Source: Lytechinus pictus
Taxonomy: Eukaryota
Length of the DNA stretch: 64,000 bases
Direction of reading: 5' to 3'
Assembly (NCBI RefSeq): GCF_037042905.1
Contig: NC_087245.1
Location: 4,342,001 to 4,406,000 of the forward strand
Numbering within the stretch: the stretch's first letter is position 1; each line of letters begins with the position of its first letter. A program made the translations under genes and the position numbers. Under the pieces are notes generated by a model that did no database searches, was not told the origin of the DNA, and saw nothing but the letters and a program-made list of their open reading frames with translations. Below are positions 14,061-27,665 of the stretch, piece after piece.

Positions 14061-15707
14061 TCTTTCTCAGACAATATCAATACCATGCAGAAGCCAGGGT
14101 ATTTTTGCTTGATCCACTGATAGTAAATTGAAAAATGCAGATGAGAGCAGATAATGACAAAGTGTAAACAGCCCGTTAAAGAAGGTGAAACACAAAAGTG
14201 GGAACGTTCCCATGGCAACCTTATCCCTTGGATGAAAATTGAAGTAGTAATGGGAGATGAGAGGGCTTTCCATAACGTTGATCATTGAGAATAGGTAAGG
14301 AGCTTACGGATCTGCTTTTGAATAAACCATCCCACATCTCCATGAATTTTAATAGACACCGATATTCTTGTTCAAACTTTGCTACCCTTCTACTCCAAAG
14401 ATCGATGATAACATTCAATCTCCTTTAAGTATTCTTGCTCTAAAAAGAAACAAATACTCAAATTTATTTTCCTACAGGAGGCATGGTGGGGTGGGCTTAC
14501 AGATCACCCTAGAATGGATGCACGAGGCTCTAGCCTCCTTGCTTACATGTATTTCTCCAGACCTTATTTTTGTTTTAATGCAGAAAAATAATACATACAT
14601 GTATATGTATCTTTTTTTTCTAGAGCACAATTAAACATACAGGTACATAAACACATTTAAATTAAATACGGTTCCGCGAAATCCTAAAAATCGTAAAATA
14701 GCTTTAAAAACAGACAAACTGTAGCTTGTCGACATGCACTCATCGGAGTAAAATCGCATGAATGACTAGAACACTATACAGCGAAACAATATTATAGTAG
14801 AACTGAAAGAGACAATAGACACTAAACGGCAAGCTGTGATTGGCTGTCAAGGTAAACAATTTAGGCTTAGAACCAGTAAAAAATTGAAGCATATAACCCA
14901 TTCTGTGCCACCAGAAGGAGTTCATAAGAACCCTTGCGTTATTTTAGGAGCTAGTTTCTACATATTTTACAAAAACACATTTACAAACAAAATAATACAA
15001 AACATTAACAACAATAAAAGGTAGGCTGCAAATTCACATAAATCTCCTACGATTTTATCTCAATTTATGGTATCACCATCATCCTCGTATACAATTCCAC
15101 TAATTGTCTGATACATGTATACTTGAGGATAAATTAATGTTCGTGAAAACAGATAATTTGAAATAAAAACTTGAGAGAAAAGGGCAGCAGTCTCAAGAAC
15201 AAAGTCTCTGATCCACAAACTACAGCAAAATAGAGTACCTATAAGTGCCTACTCTGAAAATGCTTCATGCGATTGATTTCTCAATTAATCTTCCATTCAA
15301 CTCCAATGGTAAGAAGAGTGGAAAATGGCAAATAAATTAGATTGGTAGGGCACCAGATTGACAGGGTTACCCCAAAACACCTCTAATCAATTTTTAATAT
15401 GCTGACGCACACTTGAATTTCTCCACCTTGAAAATCCAATAAAGATCTTGGCTCAGGGCACATTGCTTTGCAAAGTGACCTTGATTTAGACTTGAAATGT
15501 GCGAATGGAAAAATTTAACCAATTAGATTTCTGATTTCCTTTTTTCTTTCATCATCTCTTAAATTCTTTATTCTAATTTCTCAGATCCCTTTCACAATCA
15601 CATACGTGTATGTAAGCCTTCAACGTGGCCAGCCAAAATGTGTTCTCCAGTCAAATCTTTGGGGAGGGGGAATGTTCTGTACATGTAGGTGGTTCAGGTC
15701 TAACCAA

Positions 15708-15842
15708 GGGCCAGTAGCACAAAAGCTTAGCAATGATCGTTGAACATTTTTCTATGATTGATTCCATTGACTACAATGTACATGTACAATCCATCGTTAA
15801 AAACAAGCGTACGATTAATCGCTAACCTTTCTGTTAAAGGCC
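15708..15842. mobile_element. Short palindromic MITE
   Basis: gggccagtagcacaaaagcttagcaatgatcgt pairs with acgattaatcgctaacctttctgttaaaggcc. Confidence 0.6.
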
Positions 15843-18800
15843 ACATACGAGTGTTTCATAACGATTCATACTGTAATGATTCATAAAGCTGTTCGCAAAG
15901 TTGACTTGTAAACATACAGTTTACTTCTTAACGACTGGAACATGTTCTCGTTGGTTAATGTGCCACAAGAAAGGATCAACATTATTAAAGTCATTTGTAA
16001 CTTACAAACAGCATTACGAAACACCCATTTGGACAGACTTGACTCCAAATGGGAAAGTGTACAAAACTTTTGGCCTAAAAAAAATCCCAAGATCATGCCT
16101 GCATACAGTGCACAACAATTAAAGTCATGCAAATGACTGATACAGTATTTTATTAATACTAGATTGAAAGAAAAAAAAATTATTTGAAACATAAAAAAAC
16201 TGTTAATGTTAATATTGCGATATTTCTTAGATTTCCATTTCTAATTTTATCTAAAATGTACAGACTAATGTCCAATGTATTTCTGGTAGAAAGGAAGTAT
16301 ATTTTTTCATCATACAAGTAATAATTGCAAAATACAATGGATGTGAACATTACGTGGAAAGTATAAACACTGTATTTTTCAGAAACCAGAAATAGAATAT
16401 GATGAGTCATACAGGACACAGTGGTTGTTGATGAAAGCAAGCAACTGCTAGGTTAGTGCTAGAGACTGTGAAACTTGAAACCAAACTGAGGACAAGTCTA
16501 ATCATTTCTCTCTTACAAACTCACTTTATGTGGTTTATTTTTGGACTTGAACATGAAGAAGGTTTCCTGCTATATTTTGCAGTCTATATTTGTGCACAAA
16601 CAGGTACAATAATATGCACATGATTGAGGGTAATCAGGAAGAACAACTCATATGTGTAACTAGAAAAGAAAGGTAAATCTCTGTTTCAAAAATAGCAAAA
16701 TTCACGATAAAAACAATATTTATGTATACACTGTATCCCACAAAAAAGAAAACCAAACATCATGATCTAATTTTTCTTGTTGTTTTGCATCAGCGAATGA
16801 TTGATAATTAGTTTGTTTTACTAATCATTAATTTTTTTTTCTACTTCTTTATTAGACACACAAAGTTATGCACTGAATGAGTATGAAGTGTTTGAAATTT
16901 CAATGTCAAAATCAAGGTGTGCAGAAAATTTGTCAACATTTATTTGGGACACAAAAATCTTGCATCATATCGTGCTGCCTACACAAGCTGTGCTTGGATT
17001 TGAACCCCAAACATTCTGTCTGAAAGGTGACAGTACCACAAGACCCTGATGCTGTATAAACACACATTGTACATGTAAACAATCCCTGCATGACAGTGTC
17101 ATGAGAACCACCAGCTTATGAAGTAACAGTGATTTTCCGTTTTACCGGTAAATAAAACGGTCAAACGGAAATTCTTTTTGTTTCTGTTTCATGGAATTAA
17201 CCTTTGCAAAATGAAATTCAAGTTTTTGCTGTGTACATTTTCAGTGATAAAAACGGAATTTCCATTTTTAGATCAAGTTGAAATGGAATTACAGATTTTA
17301 AGAAACGGAAAAGACCATTTTATGGAATGGAAAATCTGTCTCTGCTTTATTGTTTTGAGCAAAAATATCAATGATCACTTAAATAATCTGACAGAATATC
17401 TCTCTAAAAAAGACCAAAATTATCAAGGAACACCTTTGATTGAAAGTGGATCATTGAAAATATTTACATCTAGTAAACTTGTCTATTTTATTACTTAATT
17501 ATTTTTGAAAGGTACAATAATTCCTATCACATCCCACCACCAAGTTGGTTTTTAGTCCCATCAACCCCACTGCTCCAAAATGCAAATTTACATTGTTCAT
17601 CAATACAGGAGCATGACTAATACTAATTAACATTAGATCTGCTACTACCCTGCATCTTTTGAATCAATAGTCAGTGAGAGCAATAGGATTTATGAAAATC
17701 AATAAATCCTTCCTGATTTAAATCTTTATTTGAAACTATTCCAGTTGCTATAATAGTGTATGTCCAGTTATGTGGCTTTTATGTGTATTCAAATTTGTGT
17801 ACTTCACACAAGTACTCTTCCCTGGAAATTACCTAAATTTAAAACCAATCAAGCAAAATGCAAAAAAAATATATAATAAAATAAAAATCAAACAGATGAA
17901 AATGAAAAAAAAAGGGGGGGGGGATTTCACAGTTTTACATACTGTACATCTGAAAACAAGACTTTCAATCATGAAGAGTGTGATTATATTATGTCCCTAA
18001 TTTTCTTTATTCTTATTTCATTTTTTTTTCTACAAATAAAATATGCAAAAGCAATAGACACAGACTTGCAACACTAATGATGATATCAATATGCACCAAG
18101 GGAGGAGTCAACCCTGCTATGAAATACTTCGAAAAATTGCAAAGAAATAACAATTTTAAAGAGTAGGGAGATAACTTTAATAGTGAGGACCCTCATTCCA
18201 TATCTTTGACAAAATAGTTAAGTAAAGTTTCCCAAATTTGATCATTTTTTAATGCAATATCAATTAAATTTGTATGATTTTGTGTATTTTATGCTGGCTG
18301 CAGCTGGCATACCCCTTCAACCAGAATGTGATACTGGTGATTGATTTCTTCTTAGTTCAGACATGTAAAAGTCGAATGTACATAATTATGTAGCTTGCCC
18401 AACCAAGTAGTGCAATTCACATTATGAGTACTGACTGAAACTAGAAATATATCTGAAGGAGAGTAAATACAAATAGTTTAATACCACCAGTATTAACATG
18501 GCAAATACAGTATCAGATACATTTTTAAACAAAAATGTGTCTTTCACGTCTACACTCCAAGAAAAATGTGTGTGCAAACTGAGCCTTGGGCAAAAATTGA
18601 GGTTTAAGAATAAGATTGCAATTCTGGGGATCGAGAGACACCTCTGAATCTTTAACTTTCCTCTTTATACTTTTTCAAGATGTGGCCAGTTTAAAATTGT
18701 GTGACTTGGAGCATGTAGCAATCTTTGACAATTAAATTTTCAAATTAAATTATTATTATATATTTTTTTTACCTGATAGAATTCATGTAAACTAATATAT

Positions 18801-19074
18801 CTAGTTAGTGTGTTAACAGGGAAATGACAAGTCAACTTTGAATCCAGGCTAGCCAGAATAAACTGAAATTAGGAAGTACGTTTGATCAGCAAGCCAAAAG
18901 TACTTGGGTCTGAATAAACAGAGAAAAAAAAATTATCATTAAGGAAAAACATTACTTTGATTCCTGACTTTCACATACAAATATGTACCAAAATAGTATA
19001 CAATGTATTGTATGTATTGTATTTAGAAAGAAAATTTGGAAAGGTGTTCATAAAAAGTGGTTGTTTTGTTCATG

Positions 19075-20024
19075 CAGGAGCGGCAGAGCGAAGTTGAAAG
19101 TGGGGGCACAGGGAAAAAAGGGCACATTTTCTTTCAAAAGGGCACTATCTTTAAACAAAGAAAAATGACTTATCTACATGTACAGTGGTGTAATGGGCCA
19201 AAATTTTGAGGGGGCTAGATATGTCTTATCACGTAAATTTATAAGAAGTTGCGAGCGAGCAAAAATTTTGACATTTTTATAACGAAAAATCCAATTTCGT
19301 GATAGATTTTGGCAACTAATATTCAGAAAATTACATCATATTTCACACTTCTCTCTTTTTTTTTTTGGTCGTGAAAAATTTGGGGAGGGAGCAAGAGCCC
19401 CCAAGCCCCCCATCTGTATGCCTCTGCTTATCTACCCCATTCACATGACTCATAAAGCTTTAAGACATGTAGGACTATCCTTACTTGTATAAAAAAAGAT
19501 AATATTATTTTGTTTCAAAGGGGCACTCGTTATTAAACACAATAACACGTAAAATGGTTCCTTCCCAGGGTGAAAGGGGCACAGAACACGTTCGTGTGGG
19601 GCACTTTTCTTGGGTAAAAAGGGGGACTGATACGAGATATGGCACTTACAAGAAGGCAAGGGAGCACTTGCTCACACATAAAACAGGTCCTTCTCAAGGG
19701 GCAAAGAACACGTTCATGAGGGGCACTGTTCTTGGGTAAAAAGGGGGACTGATTCGAGAAAGGGCACTTACAAGAAGGCAATAGGGCACTTGCTCAAGTG
19801 AAAGGGGCACAAAACACGTTCGAGCGGGAGCATTTTTGCTTTTTAAAAAATGGCACTTATACAAGAAAAGGCACTTGGTAACACCTAAAAACGGGTTCTC
19901 CTCAGGTGAAAGGGGCACAGTACATGTTCGTGAGGAGGCATTTTTCTTGTGTAAAATAGGACACTTTTTCATGCTTCAAAAAGTGGGGGGCACTGTGCCC
20001 CCCCCCCCAGGATCGCCGCCCCTG
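19075..20024. mobile_element. Non-autonomous hAT-like element with internal ~110-120 bp tandem repeats
   Basis: Ends caggagcggc / gccgcccctg. Exact 8-bp TSD tgttcatg at 19067-19074 and 20025-20032. Repeated gtgaaaggggcaca units inside. Confidence 0.85.
19183..19426. mobile_element. hAT-like MITE nested in the 19075-20024 element
   Basis: Ends cagtggtgta / tatgcctctg. 8-bp TSD cttatcta at 19169-19176 and 19427-19434; the left copy is separated from the element by catgta. Confidence 0.75.
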
Positions 20025-21469
20025 TGTTCATGTGTAAAAATTCAAACCGTTTTACAGACTACAGCTATGTAGATCTATAGATATGTTTTGAGAAAACTTT
20101 CTAGCTCATTTCCAGTGTGATGTCAGAAAGTCTGAAATAACATTGATCTGAAACTTATTATATATACTGTAGGTATATCATATTATAAAAAGTCAAGCAA
20201 ATAAATCACAAAGGTAAGAGATATTATGGCATTAATATTTGCAATCATTGCAGAGTTTTCACAGAGACTGAGGAGCTTCTTATGTATCAGGTAGAAGGGT
20301 AAAAAAAAATCTTATTTTGCACATCTTAAGGGGTATGTGTAGGCTGTACTATGGCTTAAATGATATACATCCCTTCACCATCAAAAAAATATTCATATAG
20401 TTTCACTAAAATTTGTATTAAAAGAATCAACTATGTGAGAACATTGACAAATCAGCAATTTGACACTTTTCCTGTTTGTTCACAGAAACTCAAATCGAAC
20501 AAGCATCAAAATTCAGGAAATTGCAAGATGTTTCCAAAGTGAGCTCGTAAATGTAAACAATTCTATAGTTCTATCTGATATGATATCTTACCAACACAAT
20601 AATTCACTAAAATTTTGCAAACCCTCATCCATCAAAAAAGGTCATACTATTTATTACCTTTTTTTCTGAACAGCAAACACTAATTTTTAGCACAGTTTGA
20701 GCACAACAGATGACCTGTGGACCATATTCACAAAGAAAACTTATTATTGATGCCATTAAGGCTTATGCTCTGCACAAAATTCTCAAACAAAGGTTAGCCA
20801 TGTCTTGAACAATACCAGCCTGGGGAAACTAATCTAGATACAGGCTGTACATTATAGGCTCATGAAGAAGTCTGGATCCAAAATCCTATCAGTGATGTTG
20901 TTAAAATGCTGAGCCACAAGACAACCAGACAGGGCAGAGCTACTGGAGGTATCATTTCCTTAGACGATTGACCATATGATGCAAGCAGGAATTCACAGGT
21001 GCTTTTTGGTATTCCCACCTGGCCTTTCCACAATGGATGAGAATTGTCATGTCAATGCACAAAATCTAGACCCCTACAAGGCTAGCTAGCAGACCTGATA
21101 GGCAGTGATAGCATACCCCGTACATATGTAGAGCTACATGGAACATAGTGCAGAGAGTTCTCTCCATAGAACTGGCACTCACTTGGGTTTTCGGCTCTTC
21201 ATTTGCTCTGTAGAGGCTCTGTAGGCCTACCAGTAGTCTGGAAATGCACACATGTACGTCATCCTTGTCTATACAATGTCAAAAAGGAGAACATTACAAC
21301 CATGGTTGGTTACTACAGGTTTACCGGTATCTCTATTACCTACTTGTGTGAAAGATCATCTATAGAGCTAAACAATGGATTACTTTCACATGCTTGAAAT
21401 GTTGGCAGAGACCAATCATTCTTGTGATAAACAGCTCCTAGAGTTCACATACACTTTCTGGAAAGTCAA

Positions 21470-21700
21470 CTTATGTATCATGATAATGGACTTTGCAAAA
21501 GTGAACAACACCCTACCATTACAATGTTAATGGGTCCTGGGTGCACCTGCCTGTGTGTATACAGTCATGGCAAGCCAGATTCCTTTTTGACAGGTGCTAA
21601 GCTGTGCTACTTCATGGTATAATCAAATCCTTCTTCCATGTCAAAGCAGACATCCCACAAGGTTCTGTGCTAGGTCCATGCCTGTTCAGCCAAATCATTT
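21470..21700 (+). pseudogene. Decayed non-LTR retrotransposon (LINE) reverse transcriptase fragment
   Basis: MDFAK at 21486 (cf. LDFSKAFD) and IPQGSVLGPCLF at 21652-21687 (cf. GVPQGSVLGPLLF) at roughly the expected spacing but in different frames. The remnant may extend upstream to about 20700. Confidence 0.75.
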
Positions 21701-21842
21701 ACCGTAGCTGTAGCAGGACGTTTCTGTATAGACTACCCGGTAGACTACTTTGATGTGTTTCTCTACTTGATGTTTCCGGAGAAATATTCAGCTTTTTTTA
21801 AACAAAGCCAAGGGTTTGCCGACTTTACAGCAGACCCCATTT

Positions 21843-23539
21843 TAATGTTGTAACCCGCAAGTGAAAACCCGAACCGTACCGTCCCGTATAATCCAAAAAT
21901 TTGCAAGCGGGACCCGCTGACCCGTCGGGTTTTAACCCGCAAGTCAACTTATCTTTGAAAAATGAAAATTATTTCTGCAATCCCCACACTATACAGGCTC
22001 AAATCAGGAAAATATATGCCAACTACTAACCTAGCCTAGAGTAAATTTACTTACAATTTGCAAATTCGCCTTTTATTCCGGAGAGAAAATGTTTTTGGGG
22101 GTTACTTTGTACCACGAAATGGGTCGGCTCTGATCTCGTAATCGAAAGCATTGCGCAATTAACTCCTCGGATCGGAGCCGCAGCTCAGCGCGCGCTAGCT
22201 AGCCCAGCAAAGATCGGCAATGTTGTTTTTCAGTCCAGGGGCCTGTTTCAGTGAAACAGGCTCCAGGACAGTCGACACGGCGACTCACAACAATCATAAT
22301 TACAATATTCAATTCTATGGGACCTCGTCTATAAAGTAATCAAAATTGAAATAAATACCTCGATAATGATACAGTCAATTTTTTCTTCTCGTACATGTAT
22401 ATCTCGTTATTATTTCTTCACGCACGTACGCATTGGCGCTTGTACTAGCAAGCCAGTCTGAGCTCTGTCTCTCTGCCAGAGCTCTGGGGGACAATTCGCT
22501 CTGTAAAGGCCTCAATGATGGTGATTTTATGTTTCAGACAGAGTTTATATTTCGGGAATATTATTCAAAACTGCCAATAAAGTTAGATGATTTCTTCATT
22601 GTCATGTATATTTAAGTTATTAATGAGTTCATTCTCACCAAATTTAGACTCCCCCATAGAGAAATGCAATTTTCATGGAGATCTGCATTTCCAAAGAACA
22701 TCAGGAAAAGTTGGCCAAATACTGGAATTAGATGGAGTAGAAATTAGATATTGAATTCATTTATATCCAAGTTCAACTCATAGTCACACCCACATCCAAG
22801 ATTGTAAGCATGATAAAAATAACTTTAAAGATCATGCAATATTAAACAATAAGTCATAATTAATTTAATAAGTGAACAGGTATTCCTCAAAATACAAAAA
22901 CGTAGCATTTGAAAAGAGCCCCCGAAATGCAAAAAGTAGCCTCCAAAACGGTAGAAATGGAGCCCCTGAAATATTACAAAAAAATGAAAATGGAGCCCCC
23001 GAAAAAAAAATGATTGATTTGCTCCCTGGCTTCAAGACAGTTCCACAGAATAAAAGTGCGTTCAAAGGTTACAAAAGGTCAAACTTTCATCTTCTGGAAA
23101 ATAATGAATAATGAAATCCTCATTATGAGCTGGAAAAAATGGGACGGGAAACTCAACATCGAGTTTCATTGGCCTATGCGATTGCTTTTGACTAGACTGC
23201 GCGCGCTGCGCTGCACTGGCGCTCCTTCGAAAGAGCAACTCGATGTATTTATGTCGAACTGTCTCAGTCCTGTTCACTGTTCACAAGACAAAAATACGCC
23301 GGCATTTTTTAAAAAGGAAATATCTACGTCTCTAAAAGAATCCGCCACGTACATGTAAGAAGCACATGATCCTAACTCAATTTTCATTGTTAATGTTTTT
23401 ATTATGCGTCGTTACTTCTCCCTTTTTTTCGCATGACGGTCTGCGGATTTGAGAATGAACTCGGCCTGGCCCGCAACCCGCGATCGGGGGCATACCGGCA
23501 GGTTAACCCGTACCGCAACAGGTGCGGGTTACAACATTA
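21843..23539. mobile_element. Non-autonomous hAT-like DNA transposon, 1697 bp
   Basis: Perfect 17-bp TIR taatgttgtaacccgca / tgcgggttacaacatta. Exact 8-bp TSD ccccattt at 21835-21842 and 23540-23547. Subterminal acccg repeats; no long ORF. Confidence 0.92.
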
Positions 23540-23666
23540 CCCCATTTATTAGGAATATCCCAGCCCCTGTTTTGCTGGATAGCGACACCAAAATACATTG
23601 TAGAGGCTACCTTTGCCAGCATAAGGTGGTGAGATGGTTGACCAGTGTCTGTCTCTTTAGGTGGTG

Positions 23667-24051
23667 CTGCACCATCCCGAGTTTGCTCAATCTCGAGATT
23701 TTAGCCCAATCGGCCCTCTTCGCGATTAATCTCGAGATTCAAGAAACCCCGTCTCCACCATTGCAAAAAGAGAGATTCCTGCTCTAGCGAGGTATCAATG
23801 CATTATGGTCTGACGCCGTGAATAAATAATCCAGAGTGCGTTTGCAACTGCGAATTAGTGCGATAATTCGTAAAATAGCGCGCTATTTTGCAAATAATCC
23901 CAAGTTGACTTGGGATTGCAATCTCGAGATTAATCCTACGAACTAGCGCGATAATTGCGTCTCCATTACAAATAATCTCGAGATTGTTCAGATCGGGATA
24001 ATTTGCAGGATCAGAAATAGCGCACTAATTTGAAAACTCAGGATGGTGCAG
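23667..24051. mobile_element. MITE with repeated aatctcgagatt palindromes
   Basis: ctgcaccatcccgagttt pairs with aaactcaggatggtgcag (17/18). Four internal aatctcgagatt copies. Confidence 0.7.
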
Positions 24052-25248
24052 ACGGCCCTGGTGTTTCCTAAAGCTGATTTGTAAGCTTATGCACAATTTT
24101 CTGCATTACTTGGACTGCTACAACACTAATATAAGGGTCAACTAGTATCTATCAGGGAAACTCAGTATCAGTTCTTACAAAGTTTTATCAAGAGTCTAGT
24201 TTTAATAGTCAGAAGATCCTGAACCCGGTTACGACTGGCAATTTGTACCTGCACAAATTATAAATTTGATCCTCTTCCTCCACTAGCTCCTCCCTCCTTC
24301 TCCTCTTCCTCCCCCTCCTCCTCCCTCCTCCTCCTGTGTTAGAACGTGGCATCACACACAGGAGACATATCACATGACATTTGATTCTAAAGGTAGAGTC
24401 TGAAGCCTGCTTGGCTCCTGGCAGGGAGCCCAGCGCCCACTGGGCCGGGTTAGATTTTGCCATGCCTTCAAATATTTAACAGTCAACTTTTCATTTTTCA
24501 TTTCATTGTTGAAATTCACTACTGTCAGATCTGATTTCAACGGAATAAACGCTAGATTGTTACCAATACAAAAGTGAACAATTATTATGTCAGCTACATG
24601 TATCAAGGCGCAAAGGGCTGGATTAAAACCTAGGCCTATAACATTTGCAGCATAACATTAGGCTTGGACCTGCACCCTTGGCTTAACCACTTCATAGTTT
24701 TTCTAGCCAGATTAAGCCCGGGGGGGGGGGGGGGGGGGGGCACTCACATACGTGATACGGGGATGTGCCGCTTTCAACCCCCTTTTTCAGACCTAATTTT
24801 CAGTTCCCTAGATACTCCAAATTAGGCCCGGGTCATATTGATTATTTTGTAAACTGGTGTTCGACAGCTTCAATTCGATCGAACATTACATCAATGCATC
24901 AAATTTTGAAGGCGGGAAAATCAAGCCAATTTTTTGGCTCCGTCGATGCACGCACTACAAGTGCAACAATATGTGCTGAGATCGGGGGTGTGCCTTGCAC
25001 AAGATGACAGAGCAAAGTTTGTTTGTATTTTCCATGATCACAAAACAAAACAACACAAAAAAAAGGGACAAATGCAGAATTCTTGAATTTCTTCTCAAAA
25101 TATCTATATTTGTAGTTGACAACATATACATGTACGGTACGTTGAAATGAAAGACATGAATTTGTGACGTCCGTCATTAAAAATGGAAACAAAGTAAAAA
25201 TGTTTCAAGTCAAATCAAGCTCTAAATTCATATAAACGATTATCAAAT

Positions 25249-26031
25249 GGGCAGTTCCACGGTTACGGAGTGACATTCAGAAACAAATTTTTGCATTCAA
25301 ACAAAGATATCACCCATATTTGCATAGTTAGTTGCAAAGTTCAAATGGTACCTGACAGTGGTTGCTGAAACCCACTTTTCAAAATAATAACATTTGTTAT
25401 TTTGATCCACTGAATTAATGAGATATGAATATTCATAAACATGGTTACGGAGTGACGCAAAATGGACATGCATATTTGAGGAGAAAACATATTGCTCAAA
25501 CTCTGTGAACATTAAATTGCTATCACAATTTCGATTCATTGATTGGATTCTATGTTGTTCTAGCTTTAATATGCTGCATTACATTAAAAAATTGGTGTAT
25601 TATTTCATTCATTACGACTTAAAACGTAAACCCATACATGTACCTGGTTACGGAGTGACGGTTACAGAGTGACATCAGAAATATCCACACACAGGCAACG
25701 TAAAATTAACTTATATTTTAAAATTTTTGTTTGATATGATGTAAAATGATGACCTCCAGATTATCCAAAAGAAAATTTTACAAAACAAGCAATAGTTTTC
25801 TGTTAAATTGAAATTAAGTAAAAAAACAATATATGTAGTCCCATGTATGAAATTTCTTGTATGGTTTGGATTCTCCTTTAAGGAGATGCGTAAGAAAAAA
25901 AATTGTGGCTTATTATGTTCCCCTTTTGTATTTATGACATTCCATGAGTTTTGATAGAAAAATATGATCCAGATTTGAAATAGAGCCAATATAATTTTTT
26001 TGAAAATGTCCACTTTTGCTTGGAATTGCCC
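25249..26031. mobile_element. Sola-like non-autonomous element
   Basis: TIR gggcagttcca / tggaattgccc (10/11). 4-bp TSD aaat at 25245-25248 and 26032-26035. Internal ggttacggagtgac motif about four times. Confidence 0.7.
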
Positions 26032-26900
26032 AAATGCAAATTATTGTAAAAATATTACTATCAAATAATGTGCTATGATCATAGTAAGAAATATTGTTAG
26101 TGAAAGCAAAATTTATTTTTCATTGATCGCATCATAATTTTCCTTTCTATCCATTACGATCTGGTTTGACTTTAAAGCAAAGTGCGAAGCACAAGCTCCA
26201 TTCAGAAGCCGCGCGCCCCGCTATCAAGGCCCGTGTTACGAAACATCTCAGTCCTCAGTTCCCAAGTCATGTCTAAACTGTCTGGCGCGAGCATCGCAAA
26301 GCTTGCAGCTACATGCACCATAACATATTTCCTCTAATACCATGGCGCCATGCACGCTAGCGCCCACATGCACAGTCATAACAGTGTTAGCGCTAGCGCG
26401 CACCACCAAAAATATAGAAAATTCTACGTACCTTGAACAAAACCCCGCAAGTGCTACCGTTCATTTGTCAATTAACGTTCCATCAAAGTCTTTACAGTAA
26501 AAAGATTGGACACTTTGCCGACTCTGCGTAACGCTTTGCATCGATTTATGTGTAAAATAGTTTTTGTGCCTAGTCTTTCCCTTATATTGTCTTCGATATG
26601 AAGATAAATCACGCGCCCTCTTAGACTTTAGCTCATTAGACGAAAAATTTTGGAAATCGCAAGCTCGCTCCGTATTTTGTCAACGAGAAGAAAAATCAAC
26701 GCTTAAATTAAGCTATTTGAGGGATATTCATCATAATAGGGGGAACTGACTTCACATCGTTCGGTTAGTTTCTTAGAAGTACTTGGTTTTACAAAATTTC
26801 TTGTAAATTTGTGAGAGTTTGTTGCAATTTTGCATGCGCCATGCCTTCAATTTTCCTGTACACTGCGGCAGTAATGCACCCATGGGTGGATCTACTGGCC

Positions 26901-27400
26901 CCTGGGGGGGGGGGGGGGGGCACTCAGTATATAATGCATAGTGGGTATGTGCCGAGGAAGGGACTCCCATTTTTACACTTAAATTTCCGTTCCAAGGCAT
27001 AGCATTTTTGTCTTATTGAGAAAAAGAACAAAGAAAGCCGCTCCAAAGCATAGCATTTTCTTCTTATTGAGAAAAAAGAAGAAAGAAATCCGCTCCAAAG
27101 CTTCGCATATTTTCCGTTACGACGTTCCAGCCCTATTGATCTGCTACAATGAGCCGACCATCGCATCTGCGCTAGCGCACCCGGCGCCTCTGCCGCCGGG
27201 CTAGCTGCATGCACGTATATGCCCGTTCCATAGGGATGAATACGCAGGCGACCAGTTCCAAGGACCCCCGTTTTCACAAACATTTGTCGTTCCGAGGACC
27301 CTCCTTTTTACAATATGCCAGCTCCAAGGCCCCCGTTTTTTGTCTCGCCCGCGGCACATACCCACTACTTTTTTGGTCGAGTGCCCCCCCCCCCCCCAGG
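26901..27400. mobile_element. Poly-G/poly-C ended MITE
   Basis: cct(g)n-cactc...agtgggtatgtgccg pairs with cggcacatacccact...gagtg(c)n-agg. Confidence 0.75.
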
Positions 27401-27665
27401 TCTAGGCCTATATTCCCAAGGCCTGTAGCTGTATGTTACCCTTGAGTCTTTCTTAGTCAGTTCCTTAGAGTTCCTTAGACCCCCATCTAAGCCAAAGGGT
27501 TTCATGAAGCACACCCCCATCAAAATATAATTCAAGTGCCCCCCCCCCATGCCCCCCAAGATTAAGCCTAACGTTAGACTTAGATAGCCGCCAATGAATG
27601 CAATGATTGCTCAACGTCTGTGTTTTAAATTGGTCTGCATCAACTGTGTAGAAAACTCAACTCAC

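Larger units (their letters stand above)
24718..27558. mobile_element. Poly-G/poly-C ended non-autonomous element carrying nested insertions
   Basis: Ends ccg(g)n-cact...ggggatgtgc and gcacacccc...agtg(c)n. Flanking duplication agattaagc at 24709-24717 and 27559-27567. Confidence 0.65.

Noticed and set aside
22865..23358. Transposase ORF in the hAT-like element
   Set aside because: Only short ORFs with no recognisable hAT or BED motifs.
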